A stretch of 64,000 nt of DNA from Theionarchaea archaeon (lineage in GTDB: Archaea > Methanobacteriota_B > Thermococci > Methanofastidiosales > SZ-28-30). The stretch is from NCBI GenBank assembly GCA_018992685.1, contig JACVGT010000001.1:32001-96000 (forward strand), given 5' to 3'. Position numbers and translations under genes: made by a program. The notes under the pieces are model-generated. The model had not been told where the DNA came from. It worked only from the letters and a program-made list of their open reading frames with translations, and searched no databases. Of the stretch, positions 1-10,805 are shown piece after piece (the stretch's first letter is position 1; every line of letters begins with the position of its first letter).

Positions 1-3000
1 TGTTGCGCTGTTTTTTTCAACTCCAGTTAGTCTATTGGCATAATCATAAGTGTAAACCCAAGAATCAGTGCTTGTTGTTCTTTCCGTCATATTCCCATTG
101 GAATTATAGGAAAAAGAAGTATCATTTGACAACGCAGTGACCTCATTGACAGAATTGACCGTATAAGTAATCCCATCTTTTCCTATTCTATTTCCTGTTT
201 TATCATAGGAATACGTATGAGACCAGGAAGTACAGCTAGCAGATGTCAATCGATCAAGCCCATCATAACTATAGGATTCAGTGTTAGAATGCCATGAATC
301 ACTGGTGTCTCTCCATGCGTTGGCGAGTTGGGTGATGTTGCTATTATTATCATACGTGTAATCAAGGTCCAAGAAGAAGGTTTCACCATTCTTTAAATCA
401 ATAGTAGATATCCTATCCCTTGAATCATAAGAGAAAGTTGCCCGCAGATCATTCCCATAATCAACTTGTGTCAACAGACTTTCCACATTGTATTGCACAT
501 TATCAAGGATGATTTCATCATTTGAGCCATCTACATACCGCTTGACATCAGTAATCCTGTTAAGATCGTCATATGAATATGTGATTTCCATGGTGTCTGG
601 ATAGGTCAACTTTATGAGCCGACCAGCGATATCGTACTGGTATGACACAATATATGCCTCTATTGAGATATGTCTTGTCTCAGAAATTATTCTTTCCCAA
701 GAATCATAGGTATTTTCGGTATAGTCTCCGGTGCTTATTGCATCATCATCCATTCTCACTACATTCGAATTCAAATCATAGGTCACAGTAACGGTAGAGG
801 TGTCCTGATACTGTACCTGCAACAGCCTATTCAAGGAATCGTACGTAATAGTGGTTTCGTTATCTTCAGCATCAGTCAGAGATGTCACATTTCCAACATT
901 ATTGTATTGATATTCTTCCCAAGTGGAATCAGGATAGGTGATTCTTGTTACTCCGAACAAAGAGGTATAGGTATAAGAGGTGGTGTGGCTTTCCGCATCT
1001 GTGAAAGACGTCAAATTACCAACTTCGTTGTATTGATAAGTCGTGGTTGCAAAGGTATCAGCAGTGTACTCTTCTTCCACTTTCACCAATTGACCAAGCC
1101 AATTGAACCAACCGATCTTATCATATCCTCGCCCATTTGTTAAGGTGACTTTGTTGTTGCTATCATCATATGACCAAGAGACTGAAGAAGAATCTGGGTA
1201 TGAGATCTGGAGTGCACGACCCAAAAAGTCGTAGGTGTATGTTTGCATTTGATTGAGTGGATTTGTCACCGTTGATATAAGATCATTGTATAACCAGGCA
1301 TATGATACTGTAGCATAAAGTGTACCTGATCCATAAGTTCCAGTGTACCATCTAGAACTCTGCAGCCTACCCAGTCTATCGTATTCTTGCACTATATGAT
1401 GCCTCAGTTGGTCTATAATGGTGATTTTTCTATTGGTATCATCAAAGATAGCTTCTATATAAGATCTCTGGGCTTGACCAGATAGTAATGGGAACTCTTT
1501 CTTGGTCACTCTACCCAAGAGATCATATGTAAATAAGTAATCATAGCCAGATCCAATGCTAACTCCTTCAGGCTGTTGTATGGAAGTAATCCATCCCCTG
1601 TTGGAGTCATAGGTGGCTTTGCTGGTGATAGTATCCTGACCCACAGTAGCTGAGATTTCTGTCAAGTATGCATAAGAATAGGTGGCAGAATAGGTTAAAG
1701 AGAGGTTATTGGATTCAGCATCGGTAATGGACGTGACATTTCCATAGGTGTCATACTGCATACTCGTGGTGTAGGTATCTGGTGAATTATCCACAGGGAC
1801 ATACAGTGCCCAGGAGAACTTGGTGTTCTGTGCAGAGGATTCAGTGAAATACAAGGTATTTTCACCATTTGTCAATCCAGTAACAGCGACCTGAGCTGTG
1901 GTATTCTTCAGATTGCTGGAAATAAGTTTCCAGTTGGATTCATTTACATCATACTGGACCTGTGCAGGATACGCTTTCCAATACGCAGTTACTGAAAAGC
2001 TATGTGACTGCTGGTTACAAGAAGGATTTGTCGAACAGCCTTGATACCCCAGAGTGTTGGGGTAGTGGGTAAAAGGTCCAATGTAGGCCCAGCCCTGGTA
2101 TATAGTAACGTCGGGGAAAACACCGCATGAATAGGTATAGTATGTCTTGTAATTACTGGACTGCCAGCTACAGAGTGTCCAGGTGGCATCATGGCATCCA
2201 GTTCCGTAATTTGGAGTGTAGGAATGTACTTCTGAGTAGGTGGGATCAGAGGCTAGCCCGGTGATCTGTAATATGGCATTTCCAGCTACCGAATAGCCTG
2301 TTAAATCCACGGGGAAAGAAGTGCTGCTTGTATTCTCATTAAAGGTCCCAGAAAAGGTTTGATATGAGGTGTAATTTCCAAATAAAGAGTCAGATTCTGT
2401 GGGATGAGCCTCCCCGTCATAGGTCACATATACTTCTTTCACATAGGTACTGTCCTGCTTTTCTGCCATGCCGATCAAGGCTGTATGTACAGAGGAGGGG
2501 ACAGTGCTATTGGAGAATTTGTTGGTGAAGGTCTGTTTTATGGCACCTGTATTATCCATGAAGAACCCCGAACCATTAGTGTTAGAATACGAGAAAAACG
2601 TCTCATGGCCTTCTGCATTTTTAGTATAGGTGATGTTCCCCCAGTTATCATAAGAAAAGTAGGTAGTATAAGAAAGTGTCGATCCATCATTATATACATT
2701 TGATTGCGTAACCGCCTTTTGGGAATTATAAGTATATGTGTATTTTCTGATGGGTGTTGCTGATTCATCCTTGGTTATCTGTTCTGTGATTAATCCACTG
2801 CTGTTTATAGTGAAGTGATTAGAACCTTTCGTAGTATCTGATTCATTCTTTACGGTGGCGACAGAAGATGTGATTGCCTCTAATGTCCCTGTGTAGGAGA
2901 AAACCATGTGGCGCACCTGACTCGTCTCATATACCCTCTGGTCAGTGACATAGTACTTATAGTAATCATTATCGGAGAACCTATCATACGAGTATGTTGT

Positions 3001-4509
3001 ATACCCCGTGGTGGCATACGCTATCTGGGATAGCAACCAGTAGTTATATCCACTGTTGTAGTAGTAACTGGTTCTCCTATCCAGGAAATCATCCATCCAC
3101 TGCAGACACCCGTTTCCATCATATGAGTATTCTAATTCGGCACTGTTATACGTGATTTTCCATAATCGACCACTGGAGTAACTGAGGCTGAGTGTCCGTC
3201 CAATGGTGTCCGTTATAGTGGTTAAAATGCCACTCTGATAGGTAAAATCAATACTGTTCCCATCAATATCTCGGATTTGAGTCAACTTCCCGGAGGTATC
3301 AAACTCATAAACTGTACCGCTGGCCATGGTCAACGTATATGTGTTATTCCCATTCTTCACTAGGGTGAAATGAGAGCCGACATGATTTTCAAAGGTATTA
3401 CTCACCCAAGAGATCTTGTATGCTGTCCCCCCCCATAGGTGCAGGTATTTCGTCCCAACATATGGGAAGTCGAGCGACCAGCCCTTACCCAGATCTACAG
3501 GAGGAGCTTCATAATCATAGGGGCTACTTCCATAGAATACTGCAGGGGTCTGGTATACCCTACTGATGTTTACGTTTAGACTTCGTCCTGGAATCACTAA
3601 ATCCGTTTGGGTAATAGTTAGTAACCCATTGGCAGGGTTGACAAACTCCTTCAGATTCCTGAAATACTGTCCATACGGTGTCAACCCTGAAGACTCCCAA
3701 GCATCTTCAAAAGTCTGCATGGAAGGGTCAATCACTACAGGGTATTGAGCAGACCTAAGCCATTCTTGTCCTGATGCATCAATCACTTTGTGCAGTTCAT
3801 ATCCTGTTTCCGTCTCAACTAGATCATAATGGACATCAGTACAAACTGAGCCTCTATCGTCCTTCATAAACGGAGCAAGTATTTCAACTATAGGGTTCCC
3901 ATCTGAAGAGAACAGCAACGATCCAGTTTCAGTATACTCTGGTGTCATTTTATCCCAGGAAATCTCATATATGAACCATTCACTCTTTATGAACTCAGAA
4001 AGTACCAGTCTCTCTGTTAATAACGATGTGTCTACCTCATATTCCATATCTACAGAACTAAATACACCAGAGACAGAAAGTGTATTGTCCTCAGAATCAC
4101 TCTCCTCAGCCTGCACTTCCCCCGAATCACTCTCCACCAATTCCAGTTCAATCCAAGTTTCTCCAATCTCCATTCTCATGGTTTGTCCATCGAAGAATGC
4201 TGTATAATATGGAGAATTTGCCATATACTCATAATCCTGGTTGCTACTGGAGTGAACCTGCAATGGCTCATGACTGGGAGATTCTGTATATCCATAATTC
4301 TCTTCAATACCATAAACTCCATCCTGCAGCGTAACATGTCGTAACCTGTCAAGTGAACTTCCGAACACTATTTCTTCGGAAGGTATATCTGTCATTCCAG
4401 CCAAGAGTTGGACATTAAATAGGAGACCCATAAAAAGAATGGCACCAATATAAGTAACTTTTGAGATTCTGAGAACCTCATTAACTGTACCTACATCTCT
4501 CATCTTCAT
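1..4509 (-). CDS. Large secreted RHS/YD-repeat protein (WapA-like N-terminus, DUF6531-like region); runs off the left edge, >=1500 aa
   Basis: Not in the ORF track, consistent with no stop inside the window. Both ends translated by hand: ATG at 4509 behind GGAGGT, hydrophobic N-terminal segment, 'YPVVIDPS', 'VNPANGLLTITQTDLVIPGRSLNVNISRVY', 'LGKGWSLDFP'; same frame at base 1 ('WVYTYDYANRLTGVEK'), with YD-type repeats. Confidence 0.88.
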   Translation of the reverse strand, partial: MKMRDVGTVNEVLRISKVTYIGAILFMGLLFNVQLLAGMTDIPSEEIVFGSSLDRLRHVTLQDGVYGIEENYGYTESPSHEPLQVHSSSNQDYEYMANSPYYTAFFDGQTMRMEIGETWIELELVESDSGEVQAEESDSEDNTLSVSGVFSSVDMEYEVDTSLLTERLVLSEFIKSEWFIYEISWDKMTPEYTETGSLLFSSDGNPIVEILAPFMKDDRGSVCTDVHYDLVETETGYELHKVIDASGQEWLRSAQYPVVIDPSMQTFEDAWESSGLTPYGQYFRNLKEFVNPANGLLTITQTDLVIPGRSLNVNISRVYQTPAVFYGSSPYDYEAPPVDLGKGWSLDFPYVGTKYLHLWGGTAYKISWVSNTFENHVGSHFTLVKNGNNTYTLTMASGTVYEFDTSGKLTQIRDIDGNSIDFTYQSGILTTITDTIGRTLSLSYSSGRLWKITYNSAELEYSYDGNGCLQWMDDFLDRRTSYYYNSGYNYWLLSQIAYATTGYTTYSYDRFSDNDYYKYYVTDQRVYETSQVRHMVFSYTGTLEAITSSVATVKNESDTTKGSNHFTINSSGLITEQITKDESATPIRKYTYTYNSQKAVTQSNVYNDGSTLSYTTYFSYDNWGNITYTKNAEGHETFFSYSNTNGSGFFMDNTGAIKQTFTNKFSNSTVPSSVHTALIGMAEKQDSTYVKEVYVTYDGEAHPTESDSLFGNYTSYQTFSGTFNENTSSTSFPVDLTGYSVAGNAILQITGLASDPTYSEVHSYTPNYGTGCHDATWTLCSWQSSNYKTYYTYSCGVFPDVTIYQGWAYIGPFTHYPNTLGYQGCSTNPSCNQQSHSFSVTAYWKAYPAQVQYDVNESNWKLISSNLKNTTAQVAVTGLTNGENTLYFTESSAQNTKFSWALYVPVDNSPDTYTTSMQYDTYGNVTSITDAESNNLSLTYSATYSYAYLTEISATVGQDTITSKATYDSNRGWITSIQQPEGVSIGSGYDYLFTYDLLGRVTKKEFPLLSGQAQRSYIEAIFDDTNRKITIIDQLRHHIVQEYDRLGRLQSSRWYTGTYGSGTLYATVSYAWLYNDLISTVTNPLNQMQTYTYDFLGRALQISYPDSSSVSWSYDDSNNKVTLTNGRGYDKIGWFNWLGQLVKVEEEYTADTFATTTYQYNEVGNLTSFTDAESHTTSYTYTSLFGVTRITYPDSTWEEYQYNNVGNVTSLTDAEDNETTITYDSLNRLLQVQYQDTSTVTVTYDLNSNVVRMDDDAISTGDYTENTYDSWERIISETRHISIEAYIVSYQYDIAGRLIKLTYPDTMEITYSYDDLNRITDVKRYVDGSNDEIILDNVQYNVESLLTQVDYGNDLRATFSYDSRDRISTIDLKNGETFFLDLDYTYDNNSNITQLANAWRDTSDSWHSNTESYSYDGLDRLTSASCTSWSHTYSYDKTGNRIGKDGITYTVNSVNEVTALSNDTSFSYNSNGNMTERTTSTDSWVYTYDYANRLTGVEKNSAT

Positions 4510-5109
4510 ATTCCAAACCTCCAAAAGCTTTGCATTGACTTCGCCACCTGCATGTGCATATTCTTCAATCTGCAGGCTTTGCTGTCAATATAGCTAAGCC
4601 GTAGACATTTAGCCGGTACTTTATTTAAACCTTTCGGTTTAATCTGTAGGAAATGCATTCATATCTCAACAGTGTTGAGATGAATACCAGTCACATGAGT
4701 CTCAGTTTGGGCTCTTGTCTTTGATTAGATTTTCAGAATGACCTATTTCGTTATCGATATTTGAAAGAGTTATTTAGAGTAATAGAAAAATGAATCTCAT
4801 TCCCGTGTGTATCTTTAGTCAATCGGATGTTTACCTAGAGAAAGAGAGTTGCATAATCCTCGTTTCTAGGTACAATACATAGGCCTCATCAGTACGTTTG
4901 ATCAGTCTAAAGTGATCTCTCTGGTGATGCTGACGGTCTTTTCAAGTGATAGGGCAGAATAGTGGCTGGGCTTGTCATGAAGTGTCTTTTGTGTATCTAT
5001 TAGAAGGGCCTTCCACTAGAAAGAATTTGATAGTTCGATGTTTCATTCCTCGTCGATGATATCATTGATTGATAGGTAACCCTTTATATTCTCACAGGTA
5101 TTTCATTCC

Positions 5110-5919
5110 ATGGTTCAAGCAAAGGACACTCGAGAGGAAGTTGACTGGTCTAAATGGTACAATTTCCAGGGTCGTATGGGTATTCCTATTATCCACTTGG
5201 GCGGGACAAGAGCAACCACAGATCTCTTGGCCCTCTGTGACCTTTCTGAAAAGAGTGAAGTGCTTGATGTGGGATGTGGCACTGGATACACGGCGTGTGA
5301 GATTGCACAAAAGTACAGTGCTCATGTTGTCGGTATCGATGTCTCTGAAGACATGATAGCAAAAGCACAGGAAAGAGCACGTCAAAACCACCTGAAATCA
5401 GTTGAATTTCAAGTTGCTGATGTATTGGAGCTCCCATTTCAGGATGAAACCTTTGACACGGTCATCATGGAATCAGTCCTCATCGTTTTACCTGGTGAAA
5501 AGCGTGACGCTCTGACTGAAATTGTGAGGGTTCTCAAACCAGGAGGAGTACTGGGCGCAAACGAGGATTTTGCACGTAGCGAAACGCCTGATGAAGTTCT
5601 GGATTGTCTCGCTACCGCATTACCCCTCATGAGCCTCTTGACTCCCCAGGATTTGAGGAAGCTCTTTGAAGACTCAGGGTTAGAAGTCATGCACTGTATA
5701 GAGAACTCATCAAAAGGTGTGATCACTCCAAGAGAAGTGGTGAACATCATCAAAACAATGGGCGTGGTTAGACTCCTATCTTACTCTCTACGGTCAGTAG
5801 TTGATCCAGAAATCCGGATGTTTGCCAGGCATTACAGGGAAGGTTCAAATATTATGATTAAACGTAAGGATACCATGGATTTCTTTGGATATGTTTTGAT
5901 TGTCGGAAGAAAATTATGA
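5110..5919 (+). CDS. Class I SAM-dependent methyltransferase
   Basis: VLDVGCGTG motif I, 'LPFQDETFD', 'RVLKPGG'. TATA box about 25 nt upstream suggests a leaderless transcript. Confidence 0.9.
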   Translation: MVQAKDTREEVDWSKWYNFQGRMGIPIIHLGGTRATTDLLALCDLSEKSEVLDVGCGTGYTACEIAQKYSAHVVGIDVSEDMIAKAQERARQNHLKSVEFQVADVLELPFQDETFDTVIMESVLIVLPGEKRDALTEIVRVLKPGGVLGANEDFARSETPDEVLDCLATALPLMSLLTPQDLRKLFEDSGLEVMHCIENSSKGVITPREVVNIIKTMGVVRLLSYSLRSVVDPEIRMFARHYREGSNIMIKRKDTMDFFGYVLIVGRKL

Positions 5920-6235
5920 TACTAAAGGTTATTGACTGCTTTCAAGTGCCTTGAACAACACTTTTGGATGGGTGTGATCCAAATGAAAAAACAAGAAAGG
6001 CAGTATAGGCCAGGAGCACGAACACGAAAATGTATCCCCCTACTACACGAAAGCTTGTTGTATGTGTTGTGCATCAGGTAACTGCGATTCAGGGCATTCA
6101 TCTTTCTACTGGACGCCCGAATTTCACGGAATGACTGCTGCACCTCAAGACTAGGATTCAGATTGGTGGAAAGTCTTATAAACTACTACATCCCTTAATA
6201 GCTACTATAGTCGGTAGACAATTCACAGGAGAAAG

Positions 6236-7282
6236 GTGGAAAGAATGAATGGAAAGTCATGTATCATCCCACGCAAAGTATGCTGGCTCTTACTTTTTGC
6301 CTTAATGCCATTGTGCAGCGGCAGTATTGATGGCTCAACCCCTCTGGAGACGTTATCACGAGATGTTATCATACTCAACCAGCATGCACCTGGAGAAAAG
6401 GTTGAAATCACGTTCATCAGCAATGCTGGATTCCTCATAGTCTCTGGTGATAAGAAGATCCTGGTGGATGCTCTGTGGGAGGCAAGTGCTGGAGATCAAA
6501 CTCCACAGGAAGTTCGAGAATTAGTAGGGAATGCATCGCCCCCATTTGATGATATTGACCTTGCTTTGACCACTCATGTTCATATTGACCATTTTAGTCC
6601 GTCAGTGGCCGGAGCACATCTGGAAAATGACCCACATACAATTTTCGTTTCTACAGAGGAAGTGGTACGGACTCTAAGATCATCCTTTCCCGGGTTCAGC
6701 TCAATTCAGGACAGGGTGAAAGCAGTTCAACCAGAAGAGGGAGAACGAGTTTCATTGACTCTCAATGGCATTGACATTGAAGTATTGAACCTCCATCATG
6801 GCATTGATGTTCCTGTGAGAAATAATGCCTACCTCTTCACGATTGGTGGACTGAAAATGTTTCATACAGGAGATATTGATGTGACATTCGAAGAAATTCA
6901 AGCTTACGAGCTGTTCAATGATGAAATTGATATTGCCTTCGTTCCATACTTCTTTATGGTATTCGGGGGAGAGGAAGAACGAATACTCAGGGAAAGCATC
7001 AAAGCAAACCGCATCATCCCCATACATATTCAACCTAATTCTGGTAGATACACTCTTGAGAACATAGATGAAGAATACCCTGAAGCTTGTGTGTTCTATG
7101 GAAAAATGCAGACGATCGTTGTGTCTCCCCAATTGGAAGCGATAGAAGAACACGCAGAAGATGAAGAAGAACAGGAAGAACCTGTGGAGGAAGTGCCAGA
7201 AGAAGGAGGATTTTGTCTCGGTACTCTCTTACTCTTGAGTCTGTTGGCTGCAGGTGGTATTGTTGGAAAGAGAGAAGAATAG
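6236..7282 (+). CDS. Secreted/anchored MBL-fold metallo-hydrolase with CLGT-type C-terminal tail
   Basis: Signal-like N-terminus, THVHIDH motif, 'FHTGD', 'IPIH', acidic linker, then GGFCLGT-TM-KREE. Start may be ATG 6245. Confidence 0.85.
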   Translation: MERMNGKSCIIPRKVCWLLLFALMPLCSGSIDGSTPLETLSRDVIILNQHAPGEKVEITFISNAGFLIVSGDKKILVDALWEASAGDQTPQEVRELVGNASPPFDDIDLALTTHVHIDHFSPSVAGAHLENDPHTIFVSTEEVVRTLRSSFPGFSSIQDRVKAVQPEEGERVSLTLNGIDIEVLNLHHGIDVPVRNNAYLFTIGGLKMFHTGDIDVTFEEIQAYELFNDEIDIAFVPYFFMVFGGEEERILRESIKANRIIPIHIQPNSGRYTLENIDEEYPEACVFYGKMQTIVVSPQLEAIEEHAEDEEEQEEPVEEVPEEGGFCLGTLLLLSLLAAGGIVGKREE

Positions 7283-7372
7283 ATTAATACATCGATTATT
7301 GTGACCAGGTGCTCATGTACTCCCCCTGAACTCATACTGCAGATTATGCGCTTTGGGAGTGGTACAGCTCCA

Positions 7373-8677
7373 CTAGTTTCCCTCAAAGAATATGCGATCT
7401 GTGATTTTCTTCTTCCGTGCGATTCGGAGCACTTCCTTGATGAAGTCACTGGCGCCACACACACAGAAATCGTTGAACATGGAATGGGAAAGAGCAGCAC
7501 AACGGAAGTTGCACACATCTTCAACATCGCACGTTTTACATTCTGAAAAAGAATCCTTTGTAATCTGTCTGAATGCAGTCCCACCTTTTCCATTTTCCCA
7601 GATTTCCTTAAATGATGTATCTCTCAAGTTTCCCATGCAAAATTCTTCCAGCGCTGCAGTATCAGCGCACGGGTACACATTGCCGTCAAATCTCACCCAG
7701 ACATCAGTTCTGGAACCTTCACAAGCGAGAAAAGCTTTTTGGAAAAGCTCTGGCATATCGTCCACATGGAGGGGATGAGGACCTCCATACAGTTTTCGAT
7801 CCCGTGATTTCACACGACGAATCTTGAGTTCTCTGATCCTGATGAAATCGTGTGCATCTTCCTTCCTGAGCCAGAGTTGCTTTTGATGTTCAGAAGATCT
7901 GCCAAATGGAAGTACAGGATTAAGGCTCACTTTTATCCCTCTGTTCAGCCAGTGTGCCATCAGTCGTTCTGCTTCCCCTTTGTTTATCTGGGACAGGGTG
8001 AAGTTGATCCCAAACTTTGTTTCTTCCCTCAGGAACATTTCTAAAACTTCTGTAGTCCTTGCAAATGAGCCCTTTCCCCGTATCTTGTCATGACTCTCCT
8101 CGAACCCATCAAGACTCACACCATACCTGACACTTCTTGGTAGAACCTGAAAATCATCCTCTGTCACGAGAGTGGCATTGGTGACCACGTACTGCTGGAG
8201 ACCGACCTCATCACCATAATTCAAGATTTCAACGATGTCTTCTCTCATGAAGGGCTCACCTCCTGAGATGTTTACTTTAAAGACCTTCATGTCAGCCCAT
8301 TCATCATACAGGGCTTTGATCTCCTCAGTTGTGAGCTCATCCGGATGCTTCTTCCCTGCTGCGAAAAGGCAGTGTGGACAATTCAAGTTGCAGGCATGGG
8401 TTACCTCAATGCAGGCTGTAATAGGTGCTGAAAGATGTGTACATCCATCATCAAACTCGAATGCTTTGAGCTGAAATGGAGTGTAATCCATGGATTTCTT
8501 CTCACCGGGAATCATGCCTGCATTTGTAAGATACTGCATGAGGGGGTCATCAATATCTCCCTTCTCAATACGTTGGAGAGTTTTCTCATTGATAAAGAAC
8601 ATTGAAGCATCTGCATTGATCATGAGTCCTCCAAAATGCTCTCTCCTACAAGCACAATACTTATTGAATTCGATCAT
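7373..8677 (-). CDS. Radical SAM/SPASM peptide maturase (MftC/PqqE-like), possible N-terminal RRE
   Basis: CNLNCPHC, GGEP, SPASM cysteines (CEG...DGNVYPC...CKTCDVEDVCNFRC). N-terminal 'RREHFGGL' resembles MftB-like RREs. Confidence 0.88.
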   Translation of the reverse strand: MIEFNKYCACRREHFGGLMINADASMFFINEKTLQRIEKGDIDDPLMQYLTNAGMIPGEKKSMDYTPFQLKAFEFDDGCTHLSAPITACIEVTHACNLNCPHCLFAAGKKHPDELTTEEIKALYDEWADMKVFKVNISGGEPFMREDIVEILNYGDEVGLQQYVVTNATLVTEDDFQVLPRSVRYGVSLDGFEESHDKIRGKGSFARTTEVLEMFLREETKFGINFTLSQINKGEAERLMAHWLNRGIKVSLNPVLPFGRSSEHQKQLWLRKEDAHDFIRIRELKIRRVKSRDRKLYGGPHPLHVDDMPELFQKAFLACEGSRTDVWVRFDGNVYPCADTAALEEFCMGNLRDTSFKEIWENGKGGTAFRQITKDSFSECKTCDVEDVCNFRCAALSHSMFNDFCVCGASDFIKEVLRIARKKKITDRIFFEGN

Positions 8678-8693
8678 CAGTACCACTTGATTT

Positions 8694-8710
8694 AAAAGAA
8701 ATAAAAAAAA
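8694..8710 (-). terminator. U-rich tract between putative precursor and rSAM gene
   Basis: Oligo-T run on the minus strand right after the peptide stop codon. Confidence 0.5.
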
Positions 8711-8713
8711 GGG

Positions 8714-8809
8714 TTAGGGTGCCCAGACTATACCGCCCTTTGGGAACACAATTGGGTTCACACTTCCGATTACAATTGTTCTCGTCATGCGTAGAGTTAC
8801 TTTCTTCAT
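8714..8809 (-). CDS. Putative RiPP precursor, 31 aa (MKKVTLRMTRTIVIGSVNPIVFPKGGIVWAP)
   Basis: Hand-translated. GGAGGTGA RBS at 8816-8823, TATA box at about 8843-8852, directly upstream of the rSAM/SPASM gene. Confidence 0.72.
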   Translation of the reverse strand: MKKVTLRMTRTIVIGSVNPIVFPKGGIVWAP

Positions 8810-9059
8810 TTGCTTTCACCTCCACTTTCAACTCCCCCGTCTCTATATAAATCTTTCTATTAGATCAATTGCCAAAAGAAAGAGACATTATCCTGTATGG
8901 AAGATATTGAGTCTTCGAGACAGAATTACTTCTCCACGAATTTAGATATTGTAGGCTAATAGCAGGTTAGTTCTTTCTGAAATCATGAAGTCTTCATGTG
9001 AGTACTTTCCTGGAGCATGTGTCCTCTCAATCTACTGCTTTCTCGTTTCCCGCAATCAA

Positions 9060-10805
9060 TTACTTCAAGTTCAATATCTTTTCTGTTTCCTCATCCCTTC
9101 CTAGATATGTCAGCTGGCTGGCTGCTCCATCTACCATCCATTCCTGCTTACAGTGTTCAGGGCTCCTGAATAGTTCTGTAATAGTAGTCACTGGATCATC
9201 AATTCTCACCCATTTCACATTATCGTACCACACATGGTCCTTTTCAAACACAACTGGAGTGCCATTGAACTCAAAGAAGAGGTTCGACACGTCTTCGTGC
9301 TGGTACAACCGTTCACTCTGATCACACTTCAAATGGAGATATCCATCATCTTCAATCTTGACTCCACAGAAGACAGGTTCAGTACCGTAAATATTCATGT
9401 GATACAACCCGGCAAATGCTTTCCACGCAGGGTTATGTGGTCCAGGAGATTCGGGTGGTCTGCCCCTGTAGTCCATGTGGAGGATTCCAGAGTTTTCTGA
9501 ATACATCTTCAAAGAGACAGGTTCCCCATCGTCGACCTGAAATACCACTCCCTTGGGAGACTCAGCACTGAAGGCTGTTTCATTGTGTGGAGTGAGCTCA
9601 ACTGCTCTGTCAGGATAATCCAGATATATTGTGCCATTCCGTACATTAACTGATACGGTGCCCCAGAACCCACTATAAACTCCTGTGAGCCGTTTCAGCA
9701 ATGCCTCATCAATCTTCACAGAAGTTTCAAATGGAAACTCAGCAGGACGTAAAGGTACCCCCTTAGCCTCCAGAACACGCCTTACAGCATTCTTTGCAAG
9801 TACGCTAATATAATCACTGTATTCCTGATTTGTAAAGACAGCCACTCCACAATCATACTCAGGCAGCCAGTACATTTCAGAACGCAGCCCAAAGCCACCC
9901 CCTGGATGATATGATAGAGAAATACCCCATTCTCTGTTCACCAGTGTTCCCAGGCCATACCATCCTTCCTTATCCACAGACCGCATGACATCAATTAACG
10001 CGGAATTCAGGACGTTATCACCTTCAACCTGCCCCCTGTTCAGGAGAAATTGCACGAATACAGCTTGCTCTTGAATAGAGAGAGAAGCTGCACCACATCC
10101 AAGTCCCACAGGATCTATCTGTGCTGCTTTGACTTCACCCAGGTATCCCTTTGCTGCATTCTGGGTATTGTACACCTCTCTTGTGTTGTAGTGGAAGTGT
10201 ATACCAAGAGGATCACCAACCACTCTCTGTACATACTCGGTGTATGATTCACCTGTGATACGCTCTAGGAGATACGTAACCAGGTCCATTCCCACGTTAG
10301 AATACGCAATTCCTTTCCCCACGGGAAATTTCAGCCATGTACCATTAATACCCTCAATGTGTTCCTCCCAGGTACAGGGTACATAATTAAAGACTCCACC
10401 CACTTTTGATTCCCGAACGAGACCAGATGTGTGTGATAACAGGTGCCTAAACGTAATCTTTTTGTACTGATCTCTACCAAACCTGCTGTTGACTTTGAAT
10501 TCAGGACAGATCTTGAATACACAATCATCAAGGGTAACTAGTCCCTCCTGGACAGCCAGCAAAAACGCAACTGTCGTGACAGTTTTTGTGGTTGATTGGA
10601 GGGAAAATAGGGTGTCTATGTTAACTGCCTGTCGTCCTGATACATCAGTAACCCCAAAACATCCGCACCATACCAACCCTTTCTTGGAGACCAGAGCTAT
10701 CGCTAGCCCTGGGATATTCTCTTTTTTCATCTTTTCAGGTATTTCTTTCTGAAAATCTTCAATTATGTCCATATAGTTACGTTTCATTTCATTTTTCATT
10801 GTCAA
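9060..10805 (-). CDS. Serine hydrolase, beta-lactamase/peptidase S12 family
   Basis: STTK (SxxK), LLSHTSGL, YSN and HPGG motifs, plus a C-terminal extension. Confidence 0.88.
   Translation of the reverse strand: MTMKNEMKRNYMDIIEDFQKEIPEKMKKENIPGLAIALVSKKGLVWCGCFGVTDVSGRQAVNIDTLFSLQSTTKTVTTVAFLLAVQEGLVTLDDCVFKICPEFKVNSRFGRDQYKKITFRHLLSHTSGLVRESKVGGVFNYVPCTWEEHIEGINGTWLKFPVGKGIAYSNVGMDLVTYLLERITGESYTEYVQRVVGDPLGIHFHYNTREVYNTQNAAKGYLGEVKAAQIDPVGLGCGAASLSIQEQAVFVQFLLNRGQVEGDNVLNSALIDVMRSVDKEGWYGLGTLVNREWGISLSYHPGGGFGLRSEMYWLPEYDCGVAVFTNQEYSDYISVLAKNAVRRVLEAKGVPLRPAEFPFETSVKIDEALLKRLTGVYSGFWGTVSVNVRNGTIYLDYPDRAVELTPHNETAFSAESPKGVVFQVDDGEPVSLKMYSENSGILHMDYRGRPPESPGPHNPAWKAFAGLYHMNIYGTEPVFCGVKIEDDGYLHLKCDQSERLYQHEDVSNLFFEFNGTPVVFEKDHVWYDNVKWVRIDDPVTTITELFRSPEHCKQEWMVDGAASQLTYLGRDEETEKILNLK

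Noticed and set aside
9060-10805. S12 hydrolase as leader peptidase for the 31-aa peptide
   Set aside because: Separated by about 250 nt and the peptide has its own promoter; adjacency is the only link.
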